From the human T2T-CHM13v2.0 reference genome, Homo sapiens, in the NCBI RefSeq assembly GCF_009914755.1, contig NC_060929.1: DNA of 64,000 nucleotides, one strand, 5' to 3'. Below, piece by piece: positions 1 through 13,039 of the stretch. The notes below the pieces were generated by a model, which was given only the letters and a program-made list of their open reading frames with translations, searched no databases and was not told the DNA's origin. Every line of letters starts with the position of its first letter. The stretch's first letter is position 1. Position numbers and translations under genes: made by a program.

Positions 1-479
1 GATGGCTGCCTGCAAAACACAGATTCTGATGAATGGAAGTCAGTGCTCTGAAGTGTAGAAGTTTGGGGTTATTTTAGATAAAGCTTGGGGATGGTGAACA
101 GAATTTCAACATCTTTCTGTATAAGGCTTGATGTATAGTTACAATGATCTGATTAGTCGAGGTGGTCTTTTTCTTTCGAGAAGGCATATTTAAAATTCAA
201 CATTACAGATGTAACAGTCATGGGGTCTTTTTTGTCATCTGGTCTGAGTTAGGTACAGGACAATAAAGGAGGCAATTAATCTATAAAAAAGATCAGTGAC
301 TGGAAGGCGAATAGGTCTGGCCTCTGGTTGTTTACAGAACAAGAACAATGAGGAAGAGAGCTAATTTATAATCTAAGAAGCAGAAGTTGCAAATATGCTC
401 TGTGACTCAGTCTCCAGGGCTTAAATTCTTCCTTGGCATAATAAATTTAGAGGGTCCTGCAATTTTATTTTCTTTTACA
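1..479 (-). mobile_element. ERV1 MER4-group LTR (partial, runs off window)
   Basis: Reverse complement begins TGTAAAAGAAAATAAAATTGCAGGACCCTCTAAATTTATTATGCCAAGG, resembling MER4-group LTR 5' ends; subfamily not resolved. Confidence 0.6.
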
Positions 480-851
480 CAGAAAAGCCTCGAAGTAATA
501 AATAAGTCATTGGTGGAGGACATTTAGCAAAGCACATTGGAGAAAAGCAGTACTGTTTATAAGGATTCTGTGCTTACCAAAGACTGAACTTTGGAAAAAC
601 TTATCTAACAAGACTGGGTGGTCACTTTAGTTTGTATTGTAGCTCATAATAAAGAAGTCAATAGTTCAGTACAGGTGGGTGTATGAGAAAAACAGTAGAA
701 AATTCAGAAGAGGATCAGCAAGCCCAAATATCAAGAGAATAATAGAATATAGACCAAATTAGAGTAGACATTTCTCTTAGCCATGTTTGTCAAAGTGTTT
801 GACCAGTGCTTTGAAGGAATGGCTTAGAAGTTGATATAAGAACCCAGCTAT

Positions 852-1160
<309 letters not shown>

Positions 1161-1463
1161 CTATAGCAATTGTCATTGCTGTATGTGGCATTATGCTTTA
1201 ATTTTTCAGCTAATATTTTATTTCATTCATTAATATGGTTCTTTCTCACTTTTTTATTTTAAAGAGAAAAAAACTAAAGAATCCCAGTTTTAGCTTCTCT
1301 CTTATAGCATAGCAATGACTTTAAGTTGGTTTCTCTCTATAGTTTTTTTTCCAAACCTATTTTCCACATAATTATTAAAGAAACTCTTTGAGAACAAATT
1401 ATTTTGTGTCACCTTCCTGCTTCTATTGTTCCAATGACACTCGTAGCTTCCTGGATTGTTTAA

Positions 1464-1801
<338 letters not shown>

Positions 1802-2117
1802 TGGCACTTACATTTCTTTAGGATTTCTTAAATCTCAGCTTCCTTTGTGGCCCCATACCCATCTGCATCCAATTCCATCAAACTGCTGTCGTCCCCCAAA
1901 CACACAATGCTTTAGTGTGCCTTGTGCCGTTGCACCTGCTGTCACCCTACGAACATGCTCTTCTCCTTTGTTCACTTGCAAAATCTTTCTTATCCTTGAA
2001 GCTTCAGCTCCAGCGTCACCTCCTGTAGAAAGTCCTTCTCTCTTCTCTCCATCTTGTGACGTGTTCTCTAACCCTGAGCATGTCTTGATCATGGAATTTT
2101 TTAGAGGGTATTGCCAT

Positions 2118-3481
2118 CAGGACCCGTTTCATGGGTGTGTGACCTATGCAGTATCATTGAGCCTTGCACTCTGAAGGGCCCCACACTTTATTTAATGCTC
2201 TGTTGCCATCAGCTTGAAATTCTCAATAATTTTAGCTTTGATTTGTGTTTTGTAGCTGAAGTCCAATGGAACAATGAGGTATGCACATGAACAGAAGAGA
2301 TACATGCAATATGTGTGCAATGGACTGAATGAGCAGAAGAGATACATGTAATGTGCATGTAAAATGTGTATATGAAATCCTAGCCCTCAGTGTGATGATA
2401 TTAGGAGATGTGAGGAAATTAGTCATGAGAGTGAATGCTTCATGAATAGGATTAGTGCCTTATTAAAGGGATCCCAGAGAGAGCTCTCTTGCCCTCTTTC
2501 CACCATGTGGGAATCCAGGAAGATAGCCATTTGCCACCCAGGAGCAGGCCCGCATCAGAGCCTGACCACACTGGCACGCTGATCTTGGACTTACAGCCTC
2601 CAGAAGTGTGAGAAATAGATTTCTGTTGTTTTTAAGCCACACTGTCTATGGCATTTTATTATAGCAGCTGAACTAAGCCAATGCATGTCAGCCATTCCTT
2701 ACTGCCCCATTCGCATAAATAATTTGCAATGCCAAAGATCACAGAATTCCAGTGCACCCACAATGCAGGAGAGTTCAGCAAGACTCAAAATTATAGTACA
2801 AGGTAAGCATGTTACATGTACTACTGAGGAAGCAGTGGCACTTGCAATTCCAAGAGTCCATGCCTCACCTTCCAAATAGAACTTTCTCTGAATGCATAAA
2901 GAAAGCAATGATGTTGTAAGAAACATGAATGAGCAAGAAACTCTCGTTTTTTCCACCTCTTATTACTTCCCTATATTAGCCAACCGTTCCTGCAGAAAAT
3001 CATATAGAAGAAAGGGAAAGATAGGGCAACCCATAGCTCCTTTGCTTGCAGTTCATTACTCATTAGCAAACTAAAAGTAGAGTGTTGGTAGAATGCATGA
3101 ATGTCAAGATGTAAACAGAAAAACAGTCGAGTTAGCCTTGTGGAGCATTTCTACTGTTCTGCCAAAAACAAAATACTAAGATTATGTAATTTCGATGATT
3201 CTGCATGAGTTTAATGTTGTCATATTTGAATTTAAAACCAGCGTTGTAGAATATAAAGATGGATGACAAAATTCATTCTAGTAATTTAAATTTTAATTTT
3301 TTATTTACTTAGAATATTAAACACCACATTAAAAAATACCATGCCAAGTCAAGATAACCTACAGAAAACAAAGAATTTTCAAATTTTAGTACTGCTTATG
3401 TCACCTTTTATCTGCTTTTTCAACAAGAGGTTTCAAATTTTTATTTTGCAGTAAATCCTACAAATGATATCACCGGCTATG
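2118..3481 (+). mobile_element. hAT-Tip100 DNA transposon relic (MER97-like, MER91-type termini), interrupted by MLT1A
   Basis: 5' end CAGGACCCGTTTCATGGGTGTGTGACCTATGCAG...GAAGGGCCCCAC and 3' end CAACAAGAGG...TTTTGCAGTAAATCCTACAAAT...CCGGCTATG resemble MER91/MER97 ends, with about 1 kb of internal sequence. Confidence 0.65.
2316..2680 (+). mobile_element. MaLR LTR, MLT1A-type
   Basis: TGCAATGGACTGAATG start; CTGATCTTGGACTTACAGCCTCCAGAAGTGTGAGAAATAGATTTCTGTTG...AACTAAGCCA end; TSD ATGTG/ATGCA, consistent with a CpG-decayed ATGCG. Confidence 0.85.
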
Positions 3482-4791
3482 ATATTATAGTAAACTCTGT
3501 TTTTGTTTTCTATGCACCACATTAACTTAGGAGTTGCTTAAAGGTGAGGATTGTGGCAAGATTTTTTTTTCTCTTATTATTCCTGGTGTTTACATACAGC
3601 AAGCTCTCAAAAAATGGATTTCAAATGGCAATTGCAGTTAAGTTTAATGTTTCGAGAAAGGCAAGACCAAGGAAGCAGCTCTTTTTCCAGATGCATCTCA
3701 AGTATATTTTGTCCTGAGTGTGTCAAATATGGAATCTACAGAGTAAAACCAATTCCCCGGTCAATTGGCCCTGGATTTGAACACTGGCTAGGTCTATGTT
3801 AGGCACTGTGGGAGATTCACATTATATCTTGGAATCATTCATGAAGCCCATCTGCTTACTCACAGAAACGTGGGATAGCAAGTGCAGAGGATCAGAGCTG
3901 GCAATGGACATGCACATGCAGGCATAAAATGGGCTGGGAGATTTGCCTCAGATACTAAACTGGATGTTTATCTAGGTAGATAAAAACATGATTCCCCCAT
4001 TGGCAACTCCAGTGGCTCAAGGTGAGGAAAAAGAGTTCCAACATATGGACTAGGACCAGCCACAAGTGTAGTCAGTGGCCTGGGTCCCCAGATTATTATC
4101 AAACAGGAATTACGTGGAGAGTTTATGTGAAACAACCTGGGAATTCGTCACTAGGGAAGCTGTGAATCAGCAGCAGAACTCCAGGCCTCAGGGAAGGGCC
4201 ACCGAAGGGGAAGACAGGACCCCAGTCATGGAGGGAAGTGGGGTCAGGGAATCTTCCCAGAACAAGACCTCGAAAGGACCAGAGCAGAAGCCTGACTCAT
4301 AACCAATGCCAAGGGTGGGATGGGGAGCAAAGAAGCAGAGACAGTGATGGGCTCAGGCAAGGCACTCAGTTGGATGACACAGAACCTGAAATGGATAGGG
4401 AGAATAAAGGAGAAGGCCACCTAGAGGCCAAAGAAAGTATTTCAGGGGAACGAGGAAGAAGAACATAGAGAAAATATGCAGAACTTAGATAAAAAACATA
4501 TAGCTTGGTTAGAGAAAAAAGACAAATATATATGAAACAAAATAGAGTTAAAATTCAACATAACATATTAGACCCAAATAATGGAGTTCTTATTTAAGTA
4601 CTATGAGAAGTCAAAGTGAGTTGGAGAAGGGAGAGAAGGCTTCCTGGAGGAGGTGGCGTGGCATAAGACCTGGATGTTCAAGGAAAAAATATTCAATCCA
4701 CTCAGGAGGGATATACTGAGCCTGCAGAGAGCTGCAAATGGGGTGGTCTCTATAAGGGGTTTGTGCTTAGGAGTGTGAGGTGTAGGAATAG

Positions 4792-5291
4792 TATGGTAGG
4801 CTGAATCATGCCTCTTCCAAAGATGTCCATGTCCTAATCTCATCCCCCAGAACCTGTGAATATTGCCTAATATGGCAAAAGGAACTTTGCAGATGAGATC
4901 AAGGGATTGAGATGGGTAGATTGTCCTGGATTAGCCAGGTAGGCCCAATACAGTCACAGTTGTCCTTACAAGAGGGACACAAGAGGAGTCAGAGCCAGAG
5001 GAGAAGACTGACTCCTGAAGATGAAACCAGAGGCTGGAGCAATGTGTTTTGGAGAAGGAGGAAGTAACTACAAGCCAAGGAATACAGTCAGCCACTAAAA
5101 GCTGAAAAAAGCAAGGAGACAGATTCTCCCCTCAGAACCTCCAGAAGGAACGACCCCACCAACCTCTTGATATTTGCTCAATCAAACTGATTTTTTGCTT
5201 TTGCCTCCAAAATGGTAAGAGAATAAATTTGTGTTGTTTGAGCCACTAAGTGTGTTGTAAATTGTTTCAGCAAAAATAGGAAACTAAAACC
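4792..5291 (+). mobile_element. MaLR LTR, MLT1D-type
   Basis: GGTAGGCTGAAT...AAAGATGTCCATGTCCTAATC, ATGGCAAAAGGAACTTTGCAGATG, end AATAAATTTGTGTTGTTTGAGCCACTAAG...AGGAAACTAA. Confidence 0.85.
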
Positions 5292-5514
5292 AGCAATAGG
5301 AAACATGGACTAAGCTATAGAGCTCTTTGTGGTCACTACAGCCATGCTCATGAAAAACAAATGTAGCCAAGCATATGAGGGAACTTGCTGTGAGATGCTT
5401 TCTTCTGTGTTCATGATGGAACACAGCAGCCCACCTCGAGATAAGCCCTGGAGAGTGGAGGCTCCACTGAATTCAACCTACAGCACCATGTTGAGAATCC
5501 TCAGCTGCCAACAG

Positions 5515-5839
5515 GTTTTTTCTCACAGTCTGGAGGCTGGAAGTCTGAGACGAAGGTGCCAGCAGGGTTAGTTTCTAATGAGGGCTCTCTGACTTGTGTT
5601 TGGTGATTTTCTCACTGTGTGCTCACATGGCCTTTTCTCTGAGCATGTGAGGAGAGAGAGATCTCTGTTGTCTCTTCCTCTTTTTATATGGACACCGGTT
5701 CTATCAGATTAGGGTCCAACCTCTATGACCTCATTTAACCTTATTACCTCGTTAAAGGCTCTATCTCCTAATACAGTCATATTGGGCATTAGGGCTTTAA
5801 CATGTGAATTTTGTGGGGGACACAGTTTAGTCCATAACA
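5515..5839 (-). mobile_element. MaLR LTR, MLT1B-type (truncated)
   Basis: TCTCACAGTCTGGAGGCTGGAAGTCTGAGA...ATGACCTCATTTAACC...GGGGGACACAGTTTAGTCCATAACA. Confidence 0.8.
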
Positions 5840-7360
5840 GGTGACAGTGATCAAGATGGCATCATCCTGTACTTTTAGGATCCACGACCTCATATATTTC
5901 ATTGTTATGAAGAGCATATCAGAAAGCAAAATGAAAAATACTTGCAAAACATCTTTTAATTTTCATGCATTCTCAAGACTTTCCTAATGTCAGAATATGT
6001 CAAGGAATTTATCCATCTGCCCTAAAAAAGAAAAGGATACCAGGTGGGATACTGTGGCCTTTTCCCCCACTCACCTACGTGAAATACTAATTATAGAAAG
6101 TACAATGGAGAAAATATTTTGTGTAAAACCTTGCAGCTGGGACCCTGCTGTCTGGACGTAATTATACAAACTGGAATTGATTTCAGGCAGGACATGAAGG
6201 CTACCATCCCAGCTACATGAAGTGCCTAGGGAGCTCCTCTAATTACCACTAACTAGAGATTTAGTCTTATATCTCTTTCAAATAACGTCAGCAGCAGCAG
6301 AGGCAACCTGCACCTTCCAACATCACACTCCTCCGTTAGTTTGCTCTGACTCACCCTCCTCTCATCCTACCCGTGATGAACTTTCCATTGAGTGATTTAT
6401 TTTTCCATATACTGAGTAGCACTTAAGCAACTGCCTTCTTTTCACCTTCTTTCTTTCCTACCAAATAATTATCGTGTCTCCTCTATGCAAGGACATTCAT
6501 ATATGCTATTTATTCAGGCCTCATTATAACCCTGCTAAGTAAATATCATCCCTCTAGATGTGTAAAGTGGGGGTCAGGGTGGTTTTGTGGCTTGACAACA
6601 GCATTGAGTCACCCCAGTGAGGATCTGGAGGGGTGGAAGAAGAAAAGAAAGGGGGAGAGAAAAATGGAAAAAGAAGGGGGGAGGGGGAGAGGCCAGCAGT
6701 ACTAGGGGGCTGGCAGTAGTGAAGTCTGCAAGGCTCTATCTCTACCTCCCCACAGGGTCAAGATGACTCTACACACTCCCGAAGGTCCTGTGCTCAGAGA
6801 CTAATTCCATGAAAATTCATTGTAATCAGAGCTTGTACAACCTGCTTGATGAGAATTCGCTGGACTTGCTGCCCATACATAACAAAATGGTAGTGCTTCT
6901 CTATAAATAAGCTCTGGCTCCTCTGCCTAATGAGGGCTTACACTCAGCCTACAGGAAAACATGTTCTGTCTTTGCCATCAATTTCCTTTGGTGCCCAGTG
7001 CATGAAAATAACTTTTTTTTGCCTTTCATGGACTTCTCTCCAGCCAAATTAGAACAGGACCCCCAAGTCTGCCCAAAGGCCAGCTAGTTCCCTGGGTCAG
7101 CCTCAGATATGACCAGAGCCAAGAAGTCCTGTCATATCCCACCCATCCAAGCACTGGGGAAAACTGGCTCCCCTCTCAGCTGCCCTGTCTCTAGGGCTGC
7201 AGCTTTTATGTCTTTGGGAAGATTTGCAATGGCCTGGCTCTACTTCTCTTATTTCTCTCTGTGGCCTCTGAGTTGGGTGACATGGGCTGGATCCCACAGG
7301 ACAAATCAATAAACATTGTCCTACCTCCGTTTTTCTATGAGAAAAATGGAAAATAATCAC

Positions 7361-7857
7361 TGAGATAGTTAATTTTATATGTCAACTTGACTGGGCCATG
7401 GGGTGCCCAGGTATTTGGTCACACATTATTCTGGGTGTGTTTGTGAGGGTGTTTCTGGGTGAGATTAACATTTGAATCAGTAGACGGAGTAAAGCACATT
7501 CCCTCCCCAGTGTGGATGGCCCAATCACATGAAGGCCTGAATAGAACAAAAACACTGACCCTCCCTCTAGTACGAGAGGACTCCTCCTGTCTGACTGCTT
7601 TGGGCTGGGACATTGTTTGTTGTTGTTTTGCCTGCCTTTGGACTCAAACTGAAACACTGGCTCTTCTTGGATCTTGACCCTGCCAGCTTTCAGCCTGGCA
7701 CTATACCACAGGCTTCTCTGGTTCCTACATCTTCGGACCCAGACTGGAGGTCTCCAGCTTCTGACCGTGGATCTCTCAGACTCCATAATCACATGAACCA
7801 ATTCCGTAGCATGGATACATACTCATTCTGTTTCTCTGAAGAACCCTGACTAATACA
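7361..7857 (+). mobile_element. ERVL solo LTR, MLT2B/C-type, inserted in a MIR fragment
   Basis: TGAGATAGTTAATTTTATATGTCAACTTGACTGGGCC start, GAACCCTGACTAATACA end; 5-bp TSD ATCAC at 7356-7360 and 7858-7862. Confidence 0.9.
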
Positions 7858-10648
7858 ATCACTGATATACAGCTTTTGTGAGACTTTTAGAGTATGGCTA
7901 TGTTTACAAAATATTTTCAAGTTGTCAGACAAATGCACAGTGTAAAAAACACAATCTGACCAAGGCCTATCTTAACTTAGGGGGTGAAAGAGAAGGAGGG
8001 ACTGGTGGTTAGTGCCCCAATCTGTCCTCAGACTGATCTTATTCACTGTTGGTCCCCAGTGCTGAAATCAATGCAGGTGGTATGATTTCTAGTCTCTAAA
8101 TTCAGGAATTAGAAAATATCTGTTTCTTTATTTTCTCAAATCAAGTGGAATATAAATGTATCTATCTAAGCAAGCTGTAATGTTAAAAATTCATCTACTG
8201 TAATATCGGGCTGACTTCCTATTCAAATCTAATAAGAACCTGGAAGTCTTAATTGTGCTTAGAAAATACCTCTATCCTTCAGTTGCTTTGGGGGTCTTCA
8301 TTCTTCAGGCCATCATGAATGCCACTACATCTACATTGCCTAAGTGCCAGGTCCCTCACACTCTGGTAACTTTAAGTCAGGTCATCTTATGGCAGATACA
8401 AAAATGTTTGCAGAGACTGGAAATCCACCCCCCTCCATAGGCGCCCCACTACCAACTCTGATTAATTCTGTGCCACACACTTGGGGCACAGAATTAAGCT
8501 ACAGCAAATTTGAAATAAGCTATTTTCTTTCTATTAGTAATTGGGTCCAGGTACACCCACAACCCATACACTTTTCTCCTCACAAGAGGGAAGTCTTTTT
8601 CCTTTTTCTGCTCTTTCTCTCCTTTTCCTCAAAGAGCTTATTTAATTCCCACATTTCCCCTTCTCATTTATCCAAAATATCCTGTATTATTGCTTCATTA
8701 GGCAAAAAAAAAAAAAAAGAAAAAAAAAAACCCTCAAGCTCTGTTGATTTCAGACTGCAAGTTTGAAGTGTTTTGTATCATTTCTTCCAAAGGTAGTGGC
8801 TAGACAACTTTCAGGAGGGAAGTGTACTGGTAGTGGTTTGATTAGGTTGTATGGGCATTATTAAACCCTTGTGTCTAAGAAAAAAAGGTATGGTTTGCCT
8901 TATGGGCATGGGGTAGAGTATATCGTTCTTGCCAATCAAGACCAACCAAGATGCCTTTTAGTTTTATTCTCTCCCTTTCTAGATACCTGGCAAACACACA
9001 GTCTAATATAGAAAGGTTTTATATATGCATTGCACCACATGGTCCTCCTTGTTTAATCAGATTTCTTTGAACTATGGTGGGCACCTAACCCAAGAGTAGC
9101 CAGTCTCTGACACAGCCTCAAGCAAGAGCCCTACCCAGTAAGGGCACATTATATGGATGACGATGGACCAAGTATGGACCCTTCATATTAGGAAGTTTGA
9201 ATTCATAGACAAAAAATCATTGATAACAGGAGAAGTCACAGAAACGGAGAAAGAGAAGTGATGGGAATGAAGAACCAAAGAGAGAAAAACAGTTCCCTGG
9301 TGCTAACCTAGTGAAAAGACACCTAGTTATTAGAACTATGTTCTCACCTAAGAGGTCCTCCAACTCCTCTTTTTCGGAAAAACCCAGCTCTATGTGTCCC
9401 TGTTTTCCTTCCTTACCTGCATATTCTTTCTGCATATCCTAATCCTCTGCGCAAAACTGAGCCTCTCTGTATTTCTTGCAACCTGAAGGAAGCTCACTCA
9501 CATTTATTTCAAGAAAAGCTTATAAGGCTTAAGCTTTATAAGCTTAAGAGTAAAGAGCAATAAATAATTTACTGATTATTTAACATTCAAATTACAGATT
9601 ATTTTATTCTAAAGTTTGAAGATTAAGAAATCCTAGAGAAATAGCCACCAATGAAAACATCTCAAAACATACTAACCTCTGCCCCTGCTCCTCCTTCTCT
9701 GGATTTTGGTCTCCCTCTGTTTTCCTTCTGCTTTTCTTCTGGTTTACGAACCTACCTCCCATCTCCCCCTCCGCTATCTATCTTTCTCTGATGTGACTCC
9801 TTTTGTTTCCCTTTGGTCTCCTTGTTGTGTGAATGTCTCTCTCCCTCTCTCCTTCAACATCTCCTTCCCTTACTCCTCCTTTCACACTCTCTTCCTTTGC
9901 TAGGTGCCTCTATGACCATTTACCTATTACTTTCCTTATTACCACCCTTTAAAGACCACAAAATGGAAAGGAAATCTGTTTATTAGAATTTATTGTGTCT
10001 ATCACATTTTGTGTCCTACTTTCTTTATTGAATGGCAGGTGACTTGAGCATTTCGTTTTTCGCCTAACAGAAGGAAATACCTAAACAATCTGCTTTTGCA
10101 TGTGCTGCCTGATTGACTAATTTCCGCAGGATCTGTGACCTTGGCAGAAAATAAAGTCTCACCCAGGACTCTGCATAGAAGGTTACTACGGAAACAATGG
10201 ATTCTTTGATCCATTTATATTTGAAAGGATTTTTTTAAATCCCTCTGGAGATTCAAGTTGAAAAGAGAAAAATGCAATAAATTATTTACTAAATTAGATT
10301 ATTAATCCAAAAGGTACAAAGCTGTTATTGCAGTGAAAGTACCGATTTCAGTTTTATTATATAAAGATATCTCTCCTGGTGATACCCTGGAGCTGACATT
10401 AATCTTTCTACTCGATTGGTTTTTTAATGTTCCCACTTTGTACATTACCTTTGTGAATCTGAAAATAAAGTTTCAGGATACATCTTACCCTCTATAGACC
10501 AAAACTAAAGCTAACACCCTTATCATAATTCTTTTCATCCTGTCAAATAATTAAAATTTTTGTACATTTTATGTCAGCAGGGAAAGTTATCCGGCATTTG
10601 ATAAGCACCCTAATGCTAATTGCTCCTGGTGTATCCAAAAGTATAGTC

Positions 10649-10667
10649 ACCTGCCACCTAGTGTCTT
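10649..10667 (-). promoter_or_regulatory. CTCF-like motif
   Basis: Minus strand reads AAGACACTAGGTGGCAGGT; core CACTAGGTGGCAG matches the CTCF consensus with a mismatch at motif position 4. Confidence 0.4.
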
Positions 10668-11034
10668 AACTAAAAACTGCAGCAAAGGATCCACTCAACT
10701 AAGGTCTTCCGGCTCCCTCTGGCCCTCCTCATTGGACTCTTGGGGTTTAGCTTCAAACTCTCTTGAGTGGCAGGCAGCTCTCTCTGTGAGAGGTGACTAG
10801 ACCTGACTTACCCACTCTGAACAGCAGAATCCTGCCTGTCACAATAGAGTAGGGTCCCTCTGGTCTATATATGAGAATACTCAAAGGAGTGCTCTGACTC
10901 AAGACACCATGGAAGAGCAAAGGATGGTTGAGGACGGCTGAAACAGTAATATGACATGACAAGTGTACATAGCTAATGTTATACTGCTATCTCAACAATA
11001 ATTCCATGCAGTGATTGCAATGACATTTCAATTT

Positions 11035-11760
11035 AACATTTCACAAACCTTTACATTTCTACTATGTGCTGGTCACTGTGCCAGGCCCTGGAATGAAGCA
11101 GCGTCAGATAAGAGTCCTGCCCTCATAAAGCTTACATTCTGTGGAGGAACACAGCAAATAAACATGATGAATCTGTATTAGGATAAATATTATAAAGGAA
11201 CTAAACAGGGTCATGAGGCCAGGCACAATGGCTCACGCCTGTAATCCCAGCACTTTGGGAGGCTGAGGCAGGCAGATCACCTGAGGTCAGAAGTCCGAGA
11301 CCAGCCTGGTCACATGGTGAAACCCCATCTCTCCTAAAAACACAAAATTATCTAGGCGTGGTGGTGCATGCCTGTAATCCCAGCTACTCAGGAGGCTGAG
11401 GCAGGAGAATCGCTTGAACCTGGGAGGCGGAGGTTGTAGTGAGCCAAATCACGCCATTACACTCTAGCCTGGGCAACAAGAGTGAAACACTGTCTCAAAA
11501 ATAAATAGATAAATAACAGGGTCATGATAAACTTATGGGAGAAGACCATTTTGTTTAAGGTGGTGAAGGAAAGCCTTTCTGAGAAAGAGGCATTTGGGTG
11601 AGACTCAAATACGGAGAATATTCCAAATATAAAAATAGCTAGAATAAGTCATTCCAGGAGGAGGGATCAGCAAATGCAAAGGCCTGGAAGAAGAAAGGGG
11701 CCTCTGTGTTCAAGGACCAGGATGAAGGAAAATACAGCTGAAGCGTGATAAGTGGCAGAT
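11035..11760 (-). mobile_element. L2 LINE 3' fragment, split by Alu
   Basis: CTACTATGTGCTGGTCACTGTGCCAGG...CCTGCCCTCATAAAGCTTACATTCT...CAGCAAATGCAAAGGCCTGG resemble the antisense L2 3' end. Confidence 0.7.
11217..11514 (+). mobile_element. AluSq/Sp-like
   Basis: Full dimer with GGGCAACAAGAGTGAAAC; 13-bp TSD AACAGGGTCATGA at 11204-11216 and 11515-11527. Confidence 0.95.
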
Positions 11761-11883
11761 AGGATGGTGTTTGTTTTCTAAGCATTGCTGATTCAGGATG
11801 TGAAAAAAAGAATTGCCTTCCAAGGTTTAAATTTTGAAATCAATGCGTAATGGATCATATATTTATTGAAATGCCTTTTGGTT

Positions 11884-12030
11884 TGTCAACCTAAATGAAG
11901 AACGGAGGATCTCTAAAAGAAAATGATATTTATTTAAGAATAGGGCGTTGTAATGGGAATATGGGAATACCCATGCTATAGTAAACTACATGTGTATTCA
12001 GGGAGGTAAGAGAGGACAAATGTTTTAAAG
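11884..12030 (-). mobile_element. MER65-type ERV1 LTR 3' fragment
   Basis: TGTCAACCTA...CTCTAAAAGAAAATGATATTTATT is the reverse complement of the LTR end seen at about 17900-18041. Confidence 0.75.
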
Positions 12031-12031
12031 A

Positions 12032-13010
12032 TTCTTTTGTAATAACATTTAGCTTAAAAAGCAAATGCATCGTTCAGCTGTACAAAAATGTTTTCTTTCT
12101 TTATAATCATATCTTATAAGCTTTTTTCTATTTTTAAATTTTTAATTTTTTTAACCTTTTAAAAGCTTTTTTGTTAAAAACTAAGACACCAACACACACA
12201 TTAGCCTAGGCCTACACAGGGCCAGGATCATCAGTGTCACTGTCTTCTACCTCCACATCTTGTCCTACTGAGCTCTTCAGGGGCAATAACACCCACGGAG
12301 TCATCATCTCCTATAATAGCAATGCCTTCTTCAGGAATATCTCTTGAAGGACCTGACTGGGGCTGTTTTACAGTTAACTTTTTTTAATAACTAGAAAGAG
12401 TACACTGTAAAATAACAATTAAAAGTATAATATAGCAAATACATAAACGTGTTACACAGTCATTATCAAGTATTATGTACTGTACATCATTGTATGTGCT
12501 GTACTCTTTTTTTTTTTTTTTTTTTTTTGAGATGGGGATTGCTCTGTCGCCCAGACTGGAGTGCAGTGGCATGATCATGGCTCACTGCAGCTCAACCTCC
12601 AGGGCTCAAACAATCCTTCCGTCTCAGCCTCCAGAGTAGCTGGGACTACAGGTGCATGCCACCATGCCAGGCTAATTTTATTTAGTTTTTGTAGAAACGT
12701 GCCCTCCCTACATTAACCAGGCTAGACTTGTATTCCTGTGCTCAAGCAATCTTCCCCCCTCAGCTTCCCAAAGTGCTGAGATTACAGGTGTAAGCCACCC
12801 CACCTGGCCCCTTGTGCTATACATTTATATGACTGGTAAGGCAGCATTTACACTAGCATCACCGCGTGAGTAATGCATTGTGCTACAATATCATGGCTAC
12901 GATATGGCTAAGCATTAGGAATTTTTCAGCTCCATATTAATCTTATGAGCCCACCTTCCTATATGCAGTCCTTGGTTGACCAAAACATTGTTATGTAACA
13001 CATGAACATA
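12032..13010 (+). mobile_element. Tigger3b (Golem/MER7-type) DNA transposon fragment, split by AluJ
   Basis: ACACACACATTAGCCTAGGCCTACACAGGGCCAGGATCATCA and AGGAATTTTTCAGCTCCAT...GTTGACCAAAACATTGTTATG motifs. Confidence 0.8.
12507..12809 (-). mobile_element. AluJ
   Basis: GATCATGGCTCACTGCAGC and GGGCTCAAACAATCC J-type diagnostics; imperfect TSD TGTGCTGTAC/TGTGCTATAC. Confidence 0.9.
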
Positions 13011-13039
13011 CTCAGGATGGTCACTATCTACTATAATCA

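Noticed and set aside
6626-6692. Polypurine tract with four G-runs as a G-quadruplex
   Set aside because: Two loops are long (more than 15 nt); better treated as low-complexity purine-rich DNA
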